In this document: piece by piece, positions 51,225-61,125 of the stretch
How positions within the stretch are numbered: the stretch's first letter is position 1
Layout: every line of letters begins with the position of its first letter
From: an uncultured SAR86 cluster bacterium
Lineage (GTDB): Bacteria > Pseudomonadota > Gammaproteobacteria > Magnimaribacterales > D2472
Direction: 5' to 3'
Length of the DNA stretch: 64,000 nucleotides
NCBI GenBank assembly: GCA_902630885.1
Contig: CACOWI010000007.1
Coordinates: 6,787-70,786, forward strand
The notes under the pieces: generated by a model
The model's database searches: none
The model's input: the letters and a program-made list of their open reading frames with translations, nothing else
Told to the model about the DNA's origin: nothing
Made by a program: the position numbers and the translations under genes

Positions 51225-52458
51225 CAGTATCAACAAAATATAAAACAATAATACCCAGTATAAATAGAATTAACAGTGGTAGTAACATTAAAGTAGTATC
51301 TTTAAATATTGCTAAGAAAATTCCTATAAGTGCAGGTCCAATAAATGCTGCAGCCTTTCCAAAAGTATTAAATATTCCAAAAAATGCTCCCGCTTTATCT
51401 GATGGTATCAATTTGGCAAATAAACTACGAGAGCTTCCTTGAATACCGCCCTGAATAAATCCTATCAATCCTGCAAGAATGTAAAATTCAACTCCATCAG
51501 ATAAATTAAATGAATATAAAATTAATATAATATAAATAATAATTGTTATATTTATTACAATTTTATCCCCATATTTTTCAGCAACAAATGCCCACATTAA
51601 TGTTGATGGAAACGCCACAAATTGAACAAGGATAAGAGCAATAATTATTGAGCTTGTATCAAGACCTAAATTCAGTGCAAATGTTGATGCAAGTGCAATT
51701 ACAGTATGAACACCATCGATGAATAGAAAAAAAGCTATCAAGAATATAAATGCATTCCTATACTCTGAAACGGATCTAAGAGTGTTTATAAAATTTTTAA
51801 AAGAATCTTTGAGAACATTTTGTGATGAATTAATTACTCTTTCTTTATAAGTTATTGATAAAGGCAATAAAAATATTGTCCACCAAACAGATACAGTTAT
51901 AAATGACCATCTTATAGCATCGGCTTGAGACTCTAATCCAAACATTTCAGGATAAAGACTCATCAAAGCATTTACTAAGAAAAGTAACCCTCCACCAAAA
52001 TATCCCCATGCATAACCATAGCCAGAAATCTTGGAAAATAAATCAGGTGATGCTATCTGAACTAGAATTTTGTCGTATAGAACATTTGATGCAGAAAAAA
52101 AATAATTAGCTATACCAAAAAAAACCAATGCATAGAGCCAAGCTCCGACTTGAAGAAAAAAAAGCAGTCCAACACAAATAATGGATATTGAAACCATTGA
52201 TATAAACATTAATTTAGTAGATTTACTTATATCTGTAATAGCGCCAATTAAAGGTGCTGTAAATAACAAAGTTAAATTTGAAATTACAAGGGTCCAGCTT
52301 AAATATTCTGCAGATAAGGTAGAATCTATATTAGATGCCCAATATTGATTGTAAAAAATAGGAAAGAATGCCGCTAAAACAGTAGTTGCAAAAGCTGAAT
52401 TTCCCAAATCATAAGATATCCAAGCTTTAATTTCTTTAGATAGTTTTGAATTACTCAA
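51211..52458 (-). CDS. MFS transporter, UMF1/ATG22-like
   Basis: 'WISYDLGNSAF', 'GYAWGYFGG', 'SRSLFAKLIP', 'FFGIF...GK'. Confidence 0.85.
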   Translation of the reverse strand: MSNSKLSKEIKAWISYDLGNSAFATTVLAAFFPIFYNQYWASNIDSTLSAEYLSWTLVISNLTLLFTAPLIGAITDISKSTKLMFISMVSISIICVGLLFFLQVGAWLYALVFFGIANYFFSASNVLYDKILVQIASPDLFSKISGYGYAWGYFGGGLLFLVNALMSLYPEMFGLESQADAIRWSFITVSVWWTIFLLPLSITYKERVINSSQNVLKDSFKNFINTLRSVSEYRNAFIFLIAFFLFIDGVHTVIALASTFALNLGLDTSSIIIALILVQFVAFPSTLMWAFVAEKYGDKIVINITIIIYIILILYSFNLSDGVEFYILAGLIGFIQGGIQGSSRSLFAKLIPSDKAGAFFGIFNTFGKAAAFIGPALIGIFLAIFKDTTLMLLPLLILFILGIIVLYFVDTDETI

Positions 52459-52551
52459 GATTAAATAGTTATGAACTTTTAAACATTTTATCTTAAAAAA
52501 TCATTTGAAAAAGTATTAATTTTTGATATATTTTTTTTAAGGGGATACATA

Positions 52552-52650
52552 ATGGACGATGCACTTACTTTAAAGTATGGTTCCTACTTCGCAATAGGGA
52601 TCGGAATAGTGATATTTTTACTTGGCCTAGGCGCTTATATTTATTTTTAA
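52552..52650 (+). CDS. Small single-TM protein (32 aa; not in ORF track)
   Basis: AAGGGG RBS; MDDALTLKYGSYFAIGIGIVIFLLGLGAYIYF. Confidence 0.55.
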   Translation: MDDALTLKYGSYFAIGIGIVIFLLGLGAYIYF

Positions 52651-52988
52651 CCTGGCGGCCAATTAAGAGACCTTCCTGATAGAAGGTGAAGATGAAGGTG
52701 AAAAACACTTTGTCCTGCCTTGGCTCCATTATTTATTACCAATCTAAAGGTTTCATCTAATTCAAGCTGTTTGGCTATTTTGCCAGCAACTAACATTAAA
52801 TGGCCTAATATGTCCTGATCTTCAGTTGATGCATCAGACAATTTAGGAATTACTTTTTTTGGAATAATCAATAAATGAGTGGGTGCTTGGGGATTAATAT
52901 CCTCAATTACAATAGAAATATCATCTTCATAAATAATTTCAGCAGGTATTTCTTTATTTATAATTTTTTCAAATAAGGTTAACGACAT
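52647..52988 (-). CDS. Histidine triad nucleotide-binding protein (HinT-like)
   Basis: 'DINPQAPTH', 'GQSVFHLHLH', C-terminal WPPG; start ATG 52988. Confidence 0.92.
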   Translation of the reverse strand: MSLTLFEKIINKEIPAEIIYEDDISIVIEDINPQAPTHLLIIPKKVIPKLSDASTEDQDILGHLMLVAGKIAKQLELDETFRLVINNGAKAGQSVFHLHLHLLSGRSLNWPPG

Positions 52989-52989
52989 T

Positions 52990-53178
52990 TTAAATGAAGG
53001 TTCTAAAGAATCTAAATCCAATATAAAAAATAGCTGCAGTCATTAATATAGCCAAAAATATGATTAATAAATCTCTCAAGGTTTGTAAAAACCTTCCTTG
53101 CCTACTAGCTTTGATCAATTGATATAACAGATATAAGATCGCTATTGAGCTTACTACCAATATAAACATACTTAACAT
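52990..53178 (-). CDS. Small 2-TM hypothetical protein
   Basis: Two hydrophobic segments; tightly packed between dedA and HIT genes. Confidence 0.55.
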   Translation of the reverse strand: MLSMFILVVSSIAILYLLYQLIKASRQGRFLQTLRDLLIIFLAILMTAAIFYIGFRFFRTFI

Positions 53179-53182
53179 ATTT

Positions 53183-53686
53183 TTATCCTATTAAAGATCC
53201 AACACCGCTTACCAGTAATGCAAGAGCAATTCCCCAACACGAGCATGCAACGACATCAGCAATGTAAAATCTTACAGCTTTTAGATCAGAAATACCAAGC
53301 AAAAAAGGAACAATTGGTCTTATGGCAGGAACAAACCTTCCCAAAATTACAGTATATTGTCCTGTTTTATCCAAAAATTTTTGAGCTCTTTTTATTGTCT
53401 TTTCTCTTTTAGAGATAAATTTAGTTGCTAATAAGCTAGGTCCAACCGTTTTCCCAAAAAAGAAACCTGAAACATCTCCTAAGTGAGCACCAAGCATTGC
53501 CACCATCACTATTGAATATAAAGGTAATAACTCCATATTGAAAACAAAAATGCAAACCGAAAATAAGATAGCACTTGAAACAATAATTCCAGATAAAATG
53601 AATGATTCCATAAAAGCAAACATGAAAATAGCAATCCAAGCTAATTCATTATTGTTACTAAGAAAAGACTCTATATTCTCAAACAT
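53183..53686 (-). CDS. DedA family membrane protein
   Basis: 'AFMES', 'GAHLGD', 'GRFVPAIR'. Confidence 0.88.
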   Translation of the reverse strand: MFENIESFLSNNNELAWIAIFMFAFMESFILSGIIVSSAILFSVCIFVFNMELLPLYSIVMVAMLGAHLGDVSGFFFGKTVGPSLLATKFISKREKTIKRAQKFLDKTGQYTVILGRFVPAIRPIVPFLLGISDLKAVRFYIADVVACSCWGIALALLVSGVGSLIG

Positions 53687-53750
53687 ATGTAATTAAAAAA
53701 GATATTTTACTTCAATATATTTAAGGTGTGATATAAATTAAACTAATTAA

Positions 53751-54881
53751 TTGCTTATGAAAAATATAGAAGAATTTGAAGTTAAAGTATCTGAAAAAGA
53801 TATTGATTTACTAAATAAAAAGATAGATCTAACAAGATGGCCTGATGAAATAAATCATAGATGGTCTCATGGAACGGATCTTAATTTCTTAAAAGAACTA
53901 ACAAACTATTGGCGAAATGAATTTAATTGGCGAGATCATGAAAAGAAGATTAATGACATTGGTAGCTACAGATATACAACTAAGTCGGGACTTAAACTTC
54001 ATTTTCTTCATTCAAAGTCAAAAAAAGACAATGCTATTCCACTAGTAATGACTCATGGATGGCCTGGAAGCATCCAGGAATTTTTAAAAATAATACCAAT
54101 AATTCAAAAAAACTCTGATATACCAATTGATATTATTTGCCCTTCTCTGCCAGGATTTGGATTTTCCGATAAACCAAAAGAAGTTGGTATGGATTCCAAA
54201 CAGATTGCTATTTTGCAGCATGAGCTCTTAATAGCTCTTGGATATGATAAATATATTGTTCAAGGTGGTGACTGGGGAGCTACCATAAGCAAATGGATGG
54301 CTGAACTTTATCCAAATCATTGTATTGGCATTCACCTTAATATGATTATTGCTTGGCCACCTGCTGATAAAGATCCATTAGAAAATACCTCACAAGAAGA
54401 ACAAAAATTAATGGCAAATTATGAAAAATATAAAGAACAAGGAGTTGGATACTATGAGATACAAAAAACAAAACCACAAACACTTGGTTATGGCTTAAAT
54501 GACTCTCCTATTGGACTGGCTGCCTGGATTGTAGAGAAGTTTTATGGCTGGTTTGATGGTGAAGAGAATAAACTAGTTGTTTCAGATGATGAAGTTTTGG
54601 CAATAGTTTCTTTATATTGGTTTAGTGAATCAATAACTTCATCAACAAGGTTGTATAAAGAAAATGGAGACTTAGGATTTTCTTTTGAGAACATAAAGCA
54701 ACCTATGGCAGGCGCAGTTTTTGAAAGAGACTTGATTGCACCTCCAAGAGCATGGGCTGAAGAAATCTATAATGTAGTTCAATGGAATACTCACAAAGGT
54801 GGACATTTTGCAGCCTTAGAGCAACCTGAGTCACTTTCGGCAGATATTATTGATTTTATTAAAAAGTTAAATATTGTTTAA
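53751..54881 (+). CDS. Epoxide hydrolase (microsomal-type with EHN N-terminus)
   Basis: HGWP oxyanion motif, 'QGGDWG' nucleophile Asp, 'GGHFAALEQP'. Confidence 0.9.
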   Translation: MLMKNIEEFEVKVSEKDIDLLNKKIDLTRWPDEINHRWSHGTDLNFLKELTNYWRNEFNWRDHEKKINDIGSYRYTTKSGLKLHFLHSKSKKDNAIPLVMTHGWPGSIQEFLKIIPIIQKNSDIPIDIICPSLPGFGFSDKPKEVGMDSKQIAILQHELLIALGYDKYIVQGGDWGATISKWMAELYPNHCIGIHLNMIIAWPPADKDPLENTSQEEQKLMANYEKYKEQGVGYYEIQKTKPQTLGYGLNDSPIGLAAWIVEKFYGWFDGEENKLVVSDDEVLAIVSLYWFSESITSSTRLYKENGDLGFSFENIKQPMAGAVFERDLIAPPRAWAEEIYNVVQWNTHKGGHFAALEQPESLSADIIDFIKKLNIV

Positions 54882-55914
54882 TTTCTGAAAGAGATAATAA
54901 TTTAAAATTCTCTTTAGGTATGGTATTTTCACCAGTATTTTTTCCGTCTTGCACAACCAATAAGCCCTCTGCAAAATCGCTATTTAAAAAAGAGTTAACA
55001 ATTTCTAAACCATCGGTATCTGAAACCCCATCAATAGAATTGTTTTCTTTTATTTGGAAAGATCCAACATATGCATGTGGTTCAGTTCTATCATATATAT
55101 TAAATGTATTATTACCTTGTGAAGATGCAATGAGGTAACCGTTAGTTTGCGATGTTTTTAATATTGCTAATCCTTCAGGATCTCCAACAATATTCCCACT
55201 TCTATCATCAATTCTAATCTCATTACTAAGCTCCAAGTCTTTTGTAAGAGAATAGGATCTTAATACACCTCTTTGGTTTTCTTCAGAAATAAAAAGTTTT
55301 TTATTTTCATCATCTATGGCGCAACCTTCTGATTCTGAAGCATTGTTATTATTAAAAGTGTTTACGAAGTTAAGATTGTTTTCAGAAAACTTCCATAGCC
55401 TTACCCTAGGCCCTTTTGCCTCTGTAACAAATGAAATAAATTGACCATCAATCAAGCCTGCGCATACTCCGTACGCAAGAAAGTTAACCTCATCAGAATA
55501 GTGAGGCGTTTCATCCACACTAAAACTGCCTTCTTTTGATTTTTTATGCAAATAAGAGTTCTTATATTTCCATAAATATATTTTATTTGTTGATGTATCA
55601 GTTCCAACTATATATGTTCTGTCTTTGAAAGTCCTTAAATCAATATTGTTTATGCTTCCAGACTCAGAAAAGCCAATAATTTCCCCTTTTAAGTTGTATG
55701 AATAAATACCATTATATTTATCAGTCCCAAATATTATTGATAAGCCTGGATTTGCCTCATTGAACCAAATTGCTGGATCATCTGCGTTTCCATTTATCTT
55801 AACTTGGGGTGTTTCAAATAAAGCAGAAACCGAAAATTCCTTTGCGGCATAAACATTAACATTAATAATAAATACGAAAATTATTAACAGTAGATTTAAT
55901 TTTTTAATCAACAT
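54859..55914 (-). CDS. Beta-propeller phytase (3-phytase-like)
   Basis: Signal peptide; 'ADDPAIW', 'NNIDLR', 'SEGC..DDE', 'SSQG', 'TDG', 'VQDG'. Confidence 0.88.
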   Translation of the reverse strand: MLIKKLNLLLIIFVFIINVNVYAAKEFSVSALFETPQVKINGNADDPAIWFNEANPGLSIIFGTDKYNGIYSYNLKGEIIGFSESGSINNIDLRTFKDRTYIVGTDTSTNKIYLWKYKNSYLHKKSKEGSFSVDETPHYSDEVNFLAYGVCAGLIDGQFISFVTEAKGPRVRLWKFSENNLNFVNTFNNNNASESEGCAIDDENKKLFISEENQRGVLRSYSLTKDLELSNEIRIDDRSGNIVGDPEGLAILKTSQTNGYLIASSQGNNTFNIYDRTEPHAYVGSFQIKENNSIDGVSDTDGLEIVNSFLNSDFAEGLLVVQDGKNTGENTIPKENFKLLSLSEIKQYLTF

Positions 55915-55918
55915 TCAA

Positions 55919-56515
55919 TTATTTTGATTGATTAACCCAATTTAGAATATATGCATACGCTGCTCTATTGGCCTCAATTTTACCAACTTCGTTTAAGATA
56001 CCGCTTTCTCTTGTGTTAAGAGAGAAAATTGAAATAATTATTTGTGTAAATACTCTAAAAACTCCATCGTTATTAAAGAACACTGGAAGTTCTATATTTC
56101 TTTCTATAAATTCTTGAACACTGGATGACAGTTCATGAAAAGGCTCTTTAGTAACTGGTAGTGATGTTGTATTTGATAAAACTAATTGTTGTGCAGCAAT
56201 TGAAGATGAAAAATAATCATAAATAATTTCAACAGTTCTCAAGACGATTACTGACAGTTCAGCTGTATTTATATCCGATGATCTTTTAGAAAAATCTTTT
56301 GATAATTCAATAAAATATTTAGTTGCTAATGCAGCTTTAATAGCTTCAGGTGTTTGAAAAAATTTATACGTTGAAGTTCTTTTTAAACCTGAAACTTTTG
56401 ATATATTTGCAATTGTGACTGAATCAATACCATTCTCTAACAGAATATTTTCAGCAGTAGTTAATATGACTTCAATTCTTTTTCTACTTCTTTCCTGTTT
56501 AGGGGCTTGATCCAT
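55919..56515 (-). CDS. TetR/AcrR family regulator
   Basis: 'PKQERSRKR..IL..A', HTH 'TIANISKVSGL...STYKFF'. Confidence 0.85.
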   Translation of the reverse strand: MDQAPKQERSRKRIEVILTTAENILLENGIDSVTIANISKVSGLKRTSTYKFFQTPEAIKAALATKYFIELSKDFSKRSSDINTAELSVIVLRTVEIIYDYFSSSIAAQQLVLSNTTSLPVTKEPFHELSSSVQEFIERNIELPVFFNNDGVFRVFTQIIISIFSLNTRESGILNEVGKIEANRAAYAYILNWVNQSK

Positions 56516-56560
56516 AAATTTATTATGGACAAATGTTGAGAAAAGTAAATCAGATTGATG

Positions 56561-56586
56561 TAAAAAGGGGCTATAAACCCCTTTTA
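56561..56586 (-). terminator. Terminator-like hairpin after porin
   Basis: AAAAGGGG-CTATAAA-CCCCTTTT. Confidence 0.75.
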
Positions 56587-56590
56587 CAAA

Positions 56591-57511
56591 TTAAAACTTA
56601 TATTCAAAACCTGCAGATACATATTCTGCATTCTTAGATGTTTTATCACTCTCTAAATCTGAATAGTGAAAAAAGATCTTAGCAATTTTAGATATTTTAT
56701 AATCGTATCCGATTGAGTTTTGCTTACCAGATTCTAACTTTATATCTGAGCTAGCTGTCTGAAGATAGAAACTGCCCTTATCTGATACTTTCTTTTTAAG
56801 ACTTAAAAGATGACCATTTTCAGATACTCCAGTAGAGGTTTTTTCAGATGATTGATACATCAAACCAACATCAATACCAATTGATTCTATTGGAAACATT
56901 GTTGTAAATCTTGTACTGTCATACCCCTTTCCGTTTGAATCTAAAGCAAACGCCAATTTTACAGATCCGGTTGAGTAATTAACTGAATAGGATTCAAAGG
57001 TTCCTGTTGATTGGCTAATAGAGTTTATAGTTACTTTTAGGCCATCAATTAGTTCTGGTGTTGTATACGCAACAAAACTATTCATCCTATTTTCACCTTG
57101 GAATAAATATTTAATATCTGCTCTAGTGTCATTAAATAAATCAACTTTTAATTGTGCAACTTTAAAAGCAGTATCATGCGTTCCAGCAAACAGTCTTCCA
57201 AAATTTCCTTCTAGCGCTAAAAATGTGTTTCTTTCTTTGAAGACTTTTTCTCCATCAGCTCTAAACCTTCCATCAGTTGGATCAATCTCATTTTCAATTT
57301 GAAAAGAAATTTTTAGACCATCGTTAATATCAAACTTACCTTTAACACCTAATCTTGATGCATTGTTTTTAAAATCTGTATCTGTTTTAGAGTCTTTATC
57401 AGTGCTTTCATAACTAGTATTTATCTTTCCGTAAAATGTAATATCAGAAAGTAGATCTGAAGAAAAACAAAAAACAGCTAGAGTAGAACTTAAAAGCTTA
57501 AATATTTTCAT
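56591..57511 (-). CDS. Gram-negative general porin
   Basis: Signal peptide; 'ITFYGKI', 'SRLGVKG', 'FQIE'; C-terminal 'GFEYKF'. Confidence 0.85.
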   Translation of the reverse strand: MKIFKLLSSTLAVFCFSSDLLSDITFYGKINTSYESTDKDSKTDTDFKNNASRLGVKGKFDINDGLKISFQIENEIDPTDGRFRADGEKVFKERNTFLALEGNFGRLFAGTHDTAFKVAQLKVDLFNDTRADIKYLFQGENRMNSFVAYTTPELIDGLKVTINSISQSTGTFESYSVNYSTGSVKLAFALDSNGKGYDSTRFTTMFPIESIGIDVGLMYQSSEKTSTGVSENGHLLSLKKKVSDKGSFYLQTASSDIKLESGKQNSIGYDYKISKIAKIFFHYSDLESDKTSKNAEYVSAGFEYKF

Positions 57512-57517
57512 TTGGAT

Positions 57518-58765
57518 TTAAACCCCAAAAACTGTCTTTAATATAAAATAAAATAATATTGTTAGACTTGCTCCAGCTGGTATTGTTACAACCCAAGAAA
57601 GAACAATTCTTCCAATAGAACCAAGATCTAAATGAGAGACACCTTTTGCCAATCCAACTCCTATTACTGCACCTACTAATGTATGTGTTGTTGATATTGG
57701 AAATCCTATATAAGTTGCAGCTACAACTGTTGATGCTGCCGCCATTTCTGCAGAAAAACCAAGACTAGGTGTTAAATGAGTAATCTTGCTGCCTACTGTC
57801 TTAATTACTCTTCCACCGAGCATTGCCAATCCAAAAACAATACCTATACCACCTATTAATAATACCCATGGACTGACAGCTGCCTTAGCACCTATTGCAC
57901 CTTCTGAGGCAACACTTATTATTGCTGACATTGGTCCAATAGCATTTGCAACATCGTTTGATCCGTGTGCAAAGGCCATTGCTGAAGCAGTTACTATCAT
58001 TAGAATAGCAAAAGCTGATTCGACACCATATTCTTTAATTTTATCTTTATTTAAATTTAATAAAATTGCAGTTACGATTGTTACAACTACTCCAAAACCT
58101 ATAGTAACTAGAACAACTTCGTTGTCTGTTAGTGGTAAGCCTACATGCTTCAATCCTTTTCTTGCAGTTACTAAACCTATAATTACTGCTACAAAAAACC
58201 CATAAAAAGGTATCAAAGATACTGCTGCTTGTTCTGGATCTCTTCTGTCTAAAATTAATTTTTTAGCACTTAAGAAAATTAAAAATGCCATAGTTCCAGA
58301 TACAGCGGGAGAAACAACCCAACTAGCAGCGATAGTTCCAACTTTACCCCAAGAAACTGACGCAAAGCCCATAGAGATAATTACAAAACCTACTATCGAA
58401 CCCACAATTGAATGTGTTGTTGAAACTGGCCAACCCTTTGAGCTAGCTAATAGTAACCAGGTAGCAGCAGCAAATAATGCTGACATCATACCGATTATAA
58501 AAATATTTTCTTGTCCAATATATAAATCTGGTGAGACTATTCCTTTTCTTATAGTTGAGGTGACCTCACCACCTGCTAGATAAGCTCCAAGAAACTCAAA
58601 AATAGCTGCTATAAAGACTGCTTGTCTAAATGTAATAGCTTTACTTCCTACAGAAGTTCCCATAGCATTAGCAACATCATTTGCTCCAATACCAAAAGCC
58701 ATAAAGAAACCAGCAAAAGCTGCAATTAACAATATAATCGTCGGGTCTAAAAATAAATTTTCCAT
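57518..58765 (-). CDS. Inorganic phosphate transporter, PiT family
   Basis: Twin signatures 'GANDVANA' and 'HGSNDVANA'; 'PVSTTH', 'PISTTH'. Confidence 0.93.
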   Translation of the reverse strand: MENLFLDPTIILLIAAFAGFFMAFGIGANDVANAMGTSVGSKAITFRQAVFIAAIFEFLGAYLAGGEVTSTIRKGIVSPDLYIGQENIFIIGMMSALFAAATWLLLASSKGWPVSTTHSIVGSIVGFVIISMGFASVSWGKVGTIAASWVVSPAVSGTMAFLIFLSAKKLILDRRDPEQAAVSLIPFYGFFVAVIIGLVTARKGLKHVGLPLTDNEVVLVTIGFGVVVTIVTAILLNLNKDKIKEYGVESAFAILMIVTASAMAFAHGSNDVANAIGPMSAIISVASEGAIGAKAAVSPWVLLIGGIGIVFGLAMLGGRVIKTVGSKITHLTPSLGFSAEMAAASTVVAATYIGFPISTTHTLVGAVIGVGLAKGVSHLDLGSIGRIVLSWVVTIPAGASLTILFYFILKTVFGV

Positions 58766-58810
58766 GATGTTTTTTGTAATTAATTTACAAGAATTATTTA
58801 ACCTAAGTAA

Positions 58811-58832
58811 TGTTACAAAAGTGTTACTAAAT
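58811..58832 (+). promoter_or_regulatory. Pho-box-like direct repeat between pit and ppk2
   Basis: TGTTACAAAAG-TGTTACTAAAT with 11-bp period. Confidence 0.55.
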
Positions 58833-58910
58833 GATTAAAGTTTTGTAATTTATTTACGAAGTTTTTGTTAAGGAATAGTAAAATATAGTAATAAATAACC
58901 AAAAATAATT

Positions 58911-59750
58911 ATGAGTCTTATTTCTTTAGATCAAAGTGAGTACAAAAGTTTAGATGCTAAAGCGTATGATCGTGAAAAAAGAAGATTAAGAATTGAATTA
59001 CTAAAGCTTCAAGAAGACGTCATTAAAAATAATAGAAAGTTATGTATTATTTTTGAAGGAAGGGACACTGCAGGAAAGAGTACTGCTATTCGATTTTTTT
59101 CTGAATATTTAAGACCTCAACACTTTAACTATGTTCAACTTGGCATTCCAACCAAATGGGAATCCTCGCATTGGTTCCAAAGGTGGAAAAAAGCATTACC
59201 ACGCAGAGGAGAAATTTCGTTCCTAGACCGTTCCTGGTATACACGTGCAATTACAGAACCGATTATGGGTTATTGCTCTGAAAATCAATATAGAACTTTT
59301 ATGAAAAAAGTTAATAAATGGGAAGATGAACAAATGGATAATGGAATTGAACTAACAAAGTTTTATTTTTCTTTATCTAAAGATCAACAAGAGATACGAA
59401 TGAAGGCAAGAAAGAATTCAGAATTAAAATATTGGAAGCTTTCAAAAAACGATGAAAAAATTATAACTAAGTGGAATGCATTCACCTTATACAAAGAGCA
59501 AATGTTTAATCAAACAAGTACCGATAATAGTCCATGGGTCTCTATCAATTCTAATAATAAGATGATTGCAAGACTAACATCACTTAGATACCTCTTGATT
59601 AAAACAGAATATGAAGGCAAAAAGATACTTAAGCCAACTAAATGGTCTAAATCCCTTAACAATTATTCATCCAATTTAGAAGGTGTCCAATTCGATAATC
59701 TTTCATATGATCAATTCATGATTATCAGCAAGTACAGTGATAATTCATGA
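58911..59750 (+). CDS. ppk2: Polyphosphate kinase 2
   Basis: 'FEGRDTAGK', 'LDRSWY', 'WKLS..D'. Confidence 0.92.
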   Translation: MSLISLDQSEYKSLDAKAYDREKRRLRIELLKLQEDVIKNNRKLCIIFEGRDTAGKSTAIRFFSEYLRPQHFNYVQLGIPTKWESSHWFQRWKKALPRRGEISFLDRSWYTRAITEPIMGYCSENQYRTFMKKVNKWEDEQMDNGIELTKFYFSLSKDQQEIRMKARKNSELKYWKLSKNDEKIITKWNAFTLYKEQMFNQTSTDNSPWVSINSNNKMIARLTSLRYLLIKTEYEGKKILKPTKWSKSLNNYSSNLEGVQFDNLSYDQFMIISKYSDNS

Positions 59751-60610
59751 AGATTGCATCAGTTGATATAGGAACTAACGCAGTTAAATCTAAGATTTTT
59801 AAAACAACACCTACCTCAATTAAGTATATTGATGGAATTCGCTCACCAATTCGACTTGGTGCAGAAGTATTCAAAAAAGGGAAATTATCTGAAAAAAAAC
59901 TTAAAGAGTTAACCCATACTTTAAAAAAATATCAAAAAAAATTTATAAAAGACGGGATTGGTCAATATGAAATAGTGGCAACTAGCGCTCTAAGAAATAC
60001 CTCAAATTCTGAAGATGCAAGAAGATATATAGAAAATAAAATTGAACATCCAATTAGAATAATTTCAGGTCTTGAAGAGGCTCAATTAATAAGTTTTCAT
60101 CCAAAAGCTCAAAAAGAAAAAAACAAAATGTATGTTGATGTTGGTGGTGGAAGTACTGAGATATATATTTACGACAACTCAATTCATTCAGTTCAATCAT
60201 TTCAATTAGGCGGTGTTAGGTTGATGCTTAAAAAAGATGAAAAAAATGAATGGCAAAGAATGGATAAATGGTTAAGCCAATTTAGTGATATAAAAGAAAT
60301 TATAGGAGTTGGAGGTAACATAAGAGCCTTTTTAAATGCAAATAAATCAAAAAAAATGAAAACTGATGATTTTTTAAAAAAATATAAGCATCTAAGAAAT
60401 CTTAAAATAGAGGAAAAAATTAATGAGTTTGGGTTTGCGAGTGACAGAGCTGACGTTATTGATTTTGCATTAAAAATCTATGAAAGAATTATTAAAAAAT
60501 TAGACATTAAAACTATACAATCAACAAAATGGGGAGTGTCAGATTCTATTGCAGTTAAAATTTTCCATGAAATTTATTCAAAAAAAATATCAATATATAA
60601 CGAAAAATGA
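59747..60610 (+). CDS. ppx: Ppx/GppA exopolyphosphatase (short form)
   Basis: 'DIGTNA', 'ATSALR', 'ISGLEEA', 'DVGGGSTE', 'DRADVI'. Confidence 0.88.
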   Translation: MKIASVDIGTNAVKSKIFKTTPTSIKYIDGIRSPIRLGAEVFKKGKLSEKKLKELTHTLKKYQKKFIKDGIGQYEIVATSALRNTSNSEDARRYIENKIEHPIRIISGLEEAQLISFHPKAQKEKNKMYVDVGGGSTEIYIYDNSIHSVQSFQLGGVRLMLKKDEKNEWQRMDKWLSQFSDIKEIIGVGGNIRAFLNANKSKKMKTDDFLKKYKHLRNLKIEEKINEFGFASDRADVIDFALKIYERIIKKLDIKTIQSTKWGVSDSIAVKIFHEIYSKKISIYNEK

Positions 60611-60675
60611 TTTCTCCTTTTGTTTGGCACAGATTATCGGATCAATTATAGCGTTTATAGTTTATAAATTTTTCT

Positions 60676-61125
60676 TTAAGGATTGATAATAAAAAGCTCT
60701 GTAAAAGATCCCTTCTCGTTTTTTGAATAAGTTACTTTACTAAAATCTTTGTTCAGCATTGATGTTATCTCATCTGCAATAGAAATTGATTCTTTTAAAT
60801 TCATGGTTTCAAAAGAAATTTTTAGGTAATTTTCAATTTTAGCTACCTTAAGATTTTTTATATCTAAATCTATAGAATTATCTAAAAATGATTTTATCTC
60901 GGTTGGATCATTTGACTGATTAATCAATGCATTGCTAAGTTGCTGTGCTTTTATAGCAACGTACTCATAATCAGTCTTAGCTTTTTCTAGCCTTTTTGAT
61001 GAAAAGCTTAAATTTTGCATCGTATTATTAATTGTTAAAAAAACAATAACAGTAACTATGAGAAATGATGCGGCTAAAATTAAATTTTTTTCTCTTGTAT
61101 TTAAATTACCAAAAAAGTTATTCAT
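60676..61125 (-). CDS. gspM: Type II secretion protein M (divergent)
   Basis: 'LNTREK' before a single TM; position after gspL; ATG 61125. Confidence 0.65.
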   Translation of the reverse strand: MNNFFGNLNTREKNLILAASFLIVTVIVFLTINNTMQNLSFSSKRLEKAKTDYEYVAIKAQQLSNALINQSNDPTEIKSFLDNSIDLDIKNLKVAKIENYLKISFETMNLKESISIADEITSMLNKDFSKVTYSKNEKGSFTELFIINP

